Of a DNA stretch of 64,000 nucleotides, positions 57,205 to 64,000 are shown piece after piece; position 1 is the first letter of the stretch; each line of letters starts with the position of its first letter. The translations under genes were made by a program, and so were the position numbers. The notes below the pieces were generated by a model that saw only the letters and a program-made list of their open reading frames with translations, was not told the origin of the DNA and made no database searches. Source of the stretch: Macrostomum lignano (lineage: Eukaryota); contig NIVC01001829.1 in the NCBI GenBank assembly GCA_002269645.1, positions 124,001 through 188,000 of the forward strand. Direction: 5' to 3'.

Positions 57205-57259
57205 CTTGTGCCAGCCGGCAGAGACAAAAGGCCATAACTGTTGCAAGACACTGCGCCAT
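57205..57259 (-). CDS. Cys-rich secreted/GPI-anchored protein, exon 1 (signal peptide)
   Basis: ATG 57259 gives MAQCLATVMAFCLCRLAQ-G; strong donor AAG|GTGAGT, phase 1, compatible with exon 2. Confidence 0.65.
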
Positions 57260-57439
57260 GAAACGGTTAACTAGCAGGCGCATCACTGCAATTTAAAGTG
57301 CGTTTGCGAAACTTCCAAAGAGCTTCATTTTCTTATGCTTTTTGGCATCAAGAGCTTTGCTGTGCTTTTCTAGATTGTGGAATATTTACAGCGCCGAGTC
57401 AAAGGTAGCTCAAATGCCTCTGCATCTCGAGCTGTGTCT

Positions 57440-59715
57440 GCTGCTCTCTAATCTGTTTCACTCTCTCACTCTCTCCCCTCTCCTATCTACCCTTCTCCTC
57501 TCTCCTCTTCCCTCGCCCCTCTCCTCTCTCTCCACTCCTATCTACTCTCTCCTCTCTCCCCACTCCAATCTACCCCTCTCCTCTCCCCCCCCTTCTGAAA
57601 GGGGAATATGAATCTTTTTCTCTATTCTCTCCTCTCATCTCTCCCCTCTCTACTATCCCCTCTCCCCTCTCCTCTCTCCTCTCTCCCCTCTCTACTATCC
57701 CCTCTCCCCTCTCCTCTCTCCTCTCTCCCCTCTCTACTCTCTCTTTGCTCGCCCACGAAAGACGGAGAAGTTTGAAGAGTGGAGAGAGCAGAGAGGAGAG
57801 TAGGGAGAGAAGATGAGATGAAAATGAGAAAAGAATATAAGAAAGAGGAGAGAAGGGAGAGGGGAGAGTAGGGAATGGGAAGAGGAGGGTGAGAGACGAG
57901 TAGGAAAGAGAGAGTAGAGAGGGGAGAGAGGAGAGAGGAGAGGGGAGAGGGGATAGTAGAGAGGGGAGAGAGGAGAGGAGAGAATAGAGAAAAAAGATTC
58001 ATATTCACTGTCTCCGGGCTCTTCTCTCTTTTAGCTCGTCTCTTTCCTTTCCTCTTACCTCTCATTGCTCCTTTCTCGTCTTCTCTTCCTCTCTTCTCCC
58101 CTTCGTATCTCTCCTCTCTCCGCTCAATACCCTCCCCTCTCCCCTAAATCTCTCTGATCCTCCAGTGTCTCCGTCGCTGCCCTACTCTACCCAGCTAAAG
58201 CTGGACAACCAGGCCCAGTTGAATCCAAAACACACACAGTACAACTTTTCCGGTGCCAACACAGACGACACTCTTAACTTGTGCACAAATATTGAAATAT
58301 TAGCCAAGGGTTATAAATACAAGCATCTATAGATTCATAGATAGCCATGCATAGATTAGATCTAAAAGTTTACCGTCCTCTGTATCTGGACGGTAACCAT
58401 CTTATAATCAATATTTTACCTGGCTTTATAGCCATCCCGTAGAGATGAGCGGCCAAAGCCCCCCATCCGGGAATTACACTGCGGTTTCGCGTACAGTCAT
58501 TATCCAACTATATCCCCTTAGAAACAGGGACGAAACACTAAAGCAGATATTTTTAGAATTTTGAGTCAATATTTTTTTTAATTCGGTTAGCCAATCCTGA
58601 AAAGATTTAGTAGAATATATGAATGATAGTACGATTTTTCTGCAGAAAATCTACCAAAGAGAGACAGAGTGGAGAGTGATGAAGATTGACAGTTTCTCAG
58701 AAATGTGCTTTACCGAGAGATGAAGCGGTCAGTGAAACATTTCTAGAGAAAAACTATTTTATAGGTTTGACTTTATAAAAAAATGACACGAAAGACGGAG
58801 AAGCTTGAAGAGTGGGGAGAGCAGAGAGGAGAGTAGGGAGAGAAGATGAGATGAAAATGAGAAAAGAAGATAAGAAAGTGGAGAGAAGGGAGAGGGGAGA
58901 GTAGGGAATGGGAAGAGGAGGGTGTAGAGACGAGTAGAAGAGAGAGAGTAGAGAGGGGAGAGAGGAGAGAGGAGAGGGGAGAGGGGAGAGGAGAGAGGGG
59001 AGAGGGAGAGGGGAGATGGGATACAGGGGACAGAGGAGAGAGTAGAGAAGAGAGAGTAGAGGGGAGAAAGGAGAGGAGAAACTAGAGAGGGGAGAGAGGA
59101 GAGAGGAGAGAATAGAGAAAAAGAGTAGAGAGAAGGAAGGAGAGGAGAGAGCAGAGGGGAGAGAAGATAGAGGAGAGAGGAGAGAGGAGAGAGGAGAGAG
59201 GAGAGAGGAGAGAGAAGAGAAGATAGATGAGAGAGGAGAGGAAAGAGTAAAGCGAGGAGAGGGGAGAGAAGAGAGTAGAGGAGAGAGAGGGAGAGGGGGG
59301 AGAAGAGAGGGGAGAGAAGTGAGTAGAGAGGGGAGAAGGGAGAGAGGTGAGGGGAGAGAAGATAGATGAGAGAGGAGAGGAAAGAGTAAAGAGAGGAGAG
59401 GGGAGAGAAGAGAGTAGAGGAGAGAGAGGGAGAGGGGAGAGGGGAGAGAAGAGAGTTGAGAGGGGAGAGGGGAGAGAGGAGAGGGGAGAGGAGAGCGTTG
59501 AGAGGGGAGAAGGGAGAGAGGAGAGGGAAGAGAGGAGAGGGGAGAGGAGAGAGTAGAGGGGAGAAGGGAGAGAGGAGAGGGGAGAGAAGAGAGTTGAGAG
59601 GGGAGACGGGAGAGAGGAGAGGGGAGAGGAGAGAGTTGAGAGGGGAGAGGGGAGAGAGGAGAGGGGAGAGGAGAGAGTTGAGAGGGGAGAGGGGAGAGAG
59701 GAGAGAGGAGAGTTG
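57440..59715. repeat. Polypyrimidine/polypurine low-complexity region with internal inverted and direct duplications
   Basis: CT-rich 57440-57750 and GA-rich 57770-58000 and 58800-59715. 57604-57640 is inverted at about 57975-58008. 57753-57900 is duplicated at about 58787-58935. Confidence 0.85.
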
Positions 59716-60574
59716 AGTGAATAGATGCATAGAGATACTAAAAATCGGTACAAATTAGAGAACAAGCATATAAGTCATAAAAAATTAGAATAAAAACTCA
59801 TGCAGAAGCAGAACGGTGCTCAAACTCACCTAATAAACCAATAGGGTTTTGTAGCAATTGAACCTTAGAGTTTCAATAATAGTCGAACTTTCATCACTAA
59901 AGCTATAGATGATGCAGAATCCAGGCCCAGAGGAGGCTGGCTGAGTCATACCTCAGAGAAACGACAAGTAAAATTTCTAGAAGCAGAAGTTGCAACAATA
60001 TAGGTCTGTTTGTCAGTTGGGCTTCAAGAAGAAAACAGATTTTCAACTGGTATAATTGCTTTAGCAGAACAGCTGTTTGTGCGGTGTGGCTAAAAAGAGT
60101 TGTTAGTTAACTGCAGCCATGGGTCCCTTTCGAAAGCGTGTTAAGCTACAGTGGTTTATATATATGCATTCTGGCAGCTTAATTCTAGCTGAATTCTTAT
60201 TGGCTGACGAGCTGGCAGCTCTATTAAAAGCTCTGGCGGAAACTGCCCCCCCCCCCAAGCCAGAAGCTGCTTGTTGTTGACAGAGACTGGTTGGCGGTTG
60301 GCCCCGTACAAGTTGCCAACAAATCTTTCTGGATTGTAAAATATCGAATAAAAACCGCTAGAAAACACTTTTTTACCTTTTCTAAGAATCTTCGCGTGTT
60401 GCGATGCCCTAATAAGCTTTTTGATGTTGTTGGCTATAAAATTGTGTTTTTCAAGTGTGCTATAGTCATTACGTTGAGCGGCGTGGACTTTTAAGGATCT
60501 GGATTAGAAACCTATCTTCAGCGCGCTCTCTATTTCACTCCCCGGTTTTCTCCTAACTTCCTTCCTGTCATTCT

Positions 60575-62250
60575 AACTGTGTCACTCCCTATATCTCACT
60601 CGCTCTATGTTACTTTCTCTATGCCACTCTCCGTGGCACCCTTTTTGTGTCACTCTCTGTATGACACTCTTTCTATATCACTCTCTCTCTATGTCAATCT
60701 CTCTTTATCACTCTCTCCATGTCACTTTCTTCATGTCACTCTCTCCATGTCACTCTTTCCATGCCACTCTCACTATGTCATTCTCTCCATATCACTCTTT
60801 CCATGCCACTCTCTCCATGTCACTCTATCCATGTCACTCTCTCTATGTCACTCTCTCTATGTCACTCTCTCCATGTCACTCTATCCATGTCACTCTCTCC
60901 ATGTCACTCTTTCCATGTCACTCTCACTATGTCATTCTCTCCATATCACTCTTTCCATGCCACTCCCTCCATGTCACTCTATCCATGTCACTCTTTCCAT
61001 GTCACTCTCACTATGTCACTCTCTCCATATCACTCTTTCCATGCCACTCTCTCCATGCCACTCTATCCATGTCACTCTCTCTATGTCACTCTCTCTATGT
61101 CACTCTCTCTATGTCACTCTATCCATGTCACTCTTTCCATGCCACTCTCTCCATGTCACTCTATCCATGTCACTCTCTCTATGTCACTCTCTCTATGTCA
61201 CTCTCTCTATGTCACTCACTCTATGTCACTCTATCCATGCCACTCTCTCCATGTCACTCTTTCTATGTCACTCTCACTATGTCATTCTCTCCATATCACT
61301 CTTTCCATGCCACTCCCTCCATGTCACTCTATCCATGTCACTCTTTCCATGTCACTCTCACTATGTCATTCTCTCCATATCACTCGTTCCATGCCACTCT
61401 CTCCATGTCACTCTATCCATGTCACTCTCTCTATGTCACTCTCTCCATATCACTCTTTCCATGCCACTCTCTCCATGTCACTCTATCCATGTCACTCTCT
61501 CTATGTCACTCTCTCTATGTCACTCTCTCTATGTCACTCTATCCATGTCACTCTTTCCATGTCACTCTAACTATGTCATTCTCTCCATATCACTCTTTCC
61601 ATGCCACTCTCTCCATGTCACTCTATCCATGTCACTCTCTCTATGTCACTCTCTCCATATCACTCTTTCCATGCCACTCTCTCCATGTCACTCTATCCAT
61701 GTCACTCTCTCTATGTCACTCTCTCCATATCACTCTTTCCATGCCACTCTCTCCATGTCACTCTATCCATGTCACTCTCTCTATGTCACTCTCTCTATGT
61801 CACTCTCTCTATGTCACTCTCTCTATGTCACTCTCTCTATGTCACTCTCTCCATATCACTCTTTCCATGTCACTCTTTCCATGCCACTCTCTCCATGTCA
61901 CTCTATCCATGTCACTCTCTCTATGTCACTCTCTCCATGTCACTCTTTCCATGTCACTCTCACTATGTCATTCTCTCCATATAACTCTTTCCATGCCACT
62001 CTCTCCATGTCACTCTATCCATGTCACTCTCTCTATGTCACTCTCTCCATATCACTCTTTCCATGCCACTCTCTCCATGTCACTCTCTCTCTATGTCACT
62101 CTCTCTATGTCACTCTCTCCATGTCACTCTCTCCATGTCACTCTCTCTATGTCACTCTTTCTATATCACTCTCTCCATGTCACTCTCTCTCTCTCTCTAT
62201 GTCTCTCTCTCACTCTATGTCACTTTTTCTGACTCCGTGTCACTCTCCAG
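60575..62250. repeat. 14-bp satellite, more than 100 copies
   Basis: Unit TGTCACTCTCTCCA / TGTCACTCTCTCTA, with variants. Confidence 0.95.
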
Positions 62251-62820
62251 CCTTCTTTACTTCACTCTCCGTATCTTTACCAGTCACTCTCTCCGCCATA
62301 TTGTTGCCGGCCTCCTAAACTGCACTTGAAAATTTCTAACCACACAGAATCCACTACTTGGCCCACGGGAGGGCTTCTGAAATGTGCCAAAGTCTTTGAT
62401 AGTGGCGGCTTAGGCTGAAATTCTAGTCCTAAAGATTTACGCCACCAAGAGGGGGTAGTCAAGAGGGGAGGCACTTAAAAGAAAGTTTTTAATGTCTTTT
62501 TCGCTCCTCCCTTGCAAGGGAAGCCTCCAAAACGACTTTAGATCCTGCCATTAAATGCAACAGCAGCTTCACCAAAGCAAGCGCTTTATTAGGCTAGTAA
62601 ACGTCTTGAGAATCGTAAAACCTTAGCTAGCAGTTATTAAACTGAAGTTATGTCTATGGGCTGACTCTGGCGTCTGTTATTTCACTCATACAGTCGATGT
62701 TGAACGCCTCTTAGCAGAAAATACTCAGTTCGGATTTTTGCTTGTTTAGACAACATCGAGTTGTTAAACTTCGCGCAGAAGTTTTACAAGTTCTGAACTA
62801 AAAACAGGAACAAACAGACA

Positions 62821-64000
62821 ATGGCAAAGTCCAGCGCCAAAGGTGAGGAGGTGATGGAGCAGCTCTCGGTGCAGAAGCAGGTTGTCATAGCCGACTTCAT
62901 CGCCAGGCAGGAGACGCTGCAACCGCCGATTTTCTTTGACATGCCGCGCACCGAGCAAGTGCAGTCTGCCGACGTTGGACACTCGCTCCGGGACATGATC
63001 AGCTGTCCTGAAGGCTTCTTCGGCATCGACCATCCCAACACGTCTTGGCTCATCAACCTGCTGAAGGACACTTCGGAGTGGCGGCTTCAGAAGGCGCTGC
63101 TGTCGCTTCGGACCAGGCCGCTGTTCGAGAGCAACAAATACTATCAGGTGATCGACCGGCCGAGCTACTACTGGGGCGAGGCCGCCTCCATGGACAAGCC
63201 AGTGTTCAACAACAAGGCAATGCTCTACCTGAACTCGTTCGGCGTCGCGCTGTACCTGAAAGCCGAGACTGGCTGTTTGAAACTCGCCTCGGCAAAGTCG
63301 GGCAAGAACTATCTAGTTAACGTGACCGCTCCGCAGTTTGCCTCGTTTGTGCACGACAGCGAGTACGACTTGGTGCGCTTCCAGTTTGACTTCCTCTGCA
63401 TCAAGCGCGAGTACTATCAGGGCCTGCACTATCTGGCTCTGGCCGGTTGGAACCCGTCCAACACGACCCTGCTGACTTACCGGCGCAAGTACTACCAGTT
63501 CGGCGTGCCCTTCACCGACTGGATCGATGTGCTGCGCTACGTACTTGAGCGCAGGCCGTCCATCAACGTGGCTGGTCTTGTAGAGAAGATGTTCAACCTG
63601 CAGTACGTTGTCAGCCAGGCCTACAACTTCAACATGGGCCTGCTCAAAGAGGTCGGCAAAGTGATGATGGAATCATTCGAGCTAAAAGAGCTGACCAGAC
63701 ACAATTTCAACAACCCTACCAAGCTGGGTAACTATGCCGGTCGGAAGGTACTGAAAAACAAAGACGTGCCGGTGCCGGATGAGTACGCTACAGTGTTCTC
63801 CGACAAGGATGGCAAGCCGAAGAACCCCGTCCGACCCGTGGTGCCGAATATCATGTCGTACGTGCGCCGGCTGCTCACCTATCAGTACTACTTTGATGGC
63901 AAGCATCTGTTCGCCCTGCCGCAGATTCTCAGAGCCGTTCTCTGTTTCAAGCAGCACGACTTCTTCGTCATCTCACAGACGGTGAAGAGCTCGGCGGAGA
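62821..64000 (+). CDS. Uncharacterised intronless ORF, at least 393 codons, 3' end beyond the window
   Basis: acaATGg start after an in-frame TGA (62794). No stop through 64000 on manual translation (MAKSSAKGEEVMEQLSVQKQ...HDFFVISQTVKSSAE). Strong C/G third-position bias like the other exons. Absent from the ORF track, presumably because it has no stop in the window. Confidence 0.85.
   Translation, partial: MAKSSAKGEEVMEQLSVQKQVVIADFIARQETLQPPIFFDMPRTEQVQSADVGHSLRDMISCPEGFFGIDHPNTSWLINLLKDTSEWRLQKALLSLRTRPLFESNKYYQVIDRPSYYWGEAASMDKPVFNNKAMLYLNSFGVALYLKAETGCLKLASAKSGKNYLVNVTAPQFASFVHDSEYDLVRFQFDFLCIKREYYQGLHYLALAGWNPSNTTLLTYRRKYYQFGVPFTDWIDVLRYVLERRPSINVAGLVEKMFNLQYVVSQAYNFNMGLLKEVGKVMMESFELKELTRHNFNNPTKLGNYAGRKVLKNKDVPVPDEYATVFSDKDGKPKNPVRPVVPNIMSYVRRLLTYQYYFDGKHLFALPQILRAVLCFKQHDFFVISQTVKSSAE

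Noticed and set aside
59820-60070. Additional minus-strand exon candidates with good donors (AG|GTGAGT about 59826, GAG|GTATGA about 59950)
   Set aside because: Frames are closed or cannot be linked to the gene model; they might be 5' UTR exons, but the sequence alone cannot support this.
58759-62329. Long Leu/Ser-rich ORFs (323, 227, 579, 541 aa)
   Set aside because: Translations of GA/CT low-complexity DNA and the 14-bp satellite.

Overview
Repeat-rich animal genomic DNA: AT-rich intergenic sequence, GC3-rich exons, GT-AG introns and interstitial (CCCTAA)n. The overall style suggests a free-living flatworm such as Macrostomum, but that is inference only. From left to right: (1) a tandem cluster of three intronless DEG/ENaC channel genes plus an inverted, broken fourth copy, with Gypsy debris; (2) a dead piggyBac element, minisatellites and a young full-length Ty3/Gypsy LTR retrotransposon (19790-24454; 200-bp LTRs with 4 mismatches, TATG target-site duplication (TSD), tRNA-iMet primer site, two 1-bp pol frameshifts); (3) about 8 kb of nested non-autonomous DNA transposons and MITEs; (4) three closely spaced co-directional housekeeping genes (PDXDC1-like, ECHS1, PRA1/PRAF-like) with two tRNA-derived CORE-type SINEs between them; (5) a six-exon minus-strand gene that the ORF track misses, encoding a 299-aa secreted, Cys-rich, probably GPI-anchored protein; (6) an unrecognised intronless ORF of at least 393 codons running off the right edge. 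Almost every intron holds its own tandem repeat, and most long ORFs in the track beyond 42 kb are repeat artefacts. No CRISPR, rRNA or true tRNA genes were found.
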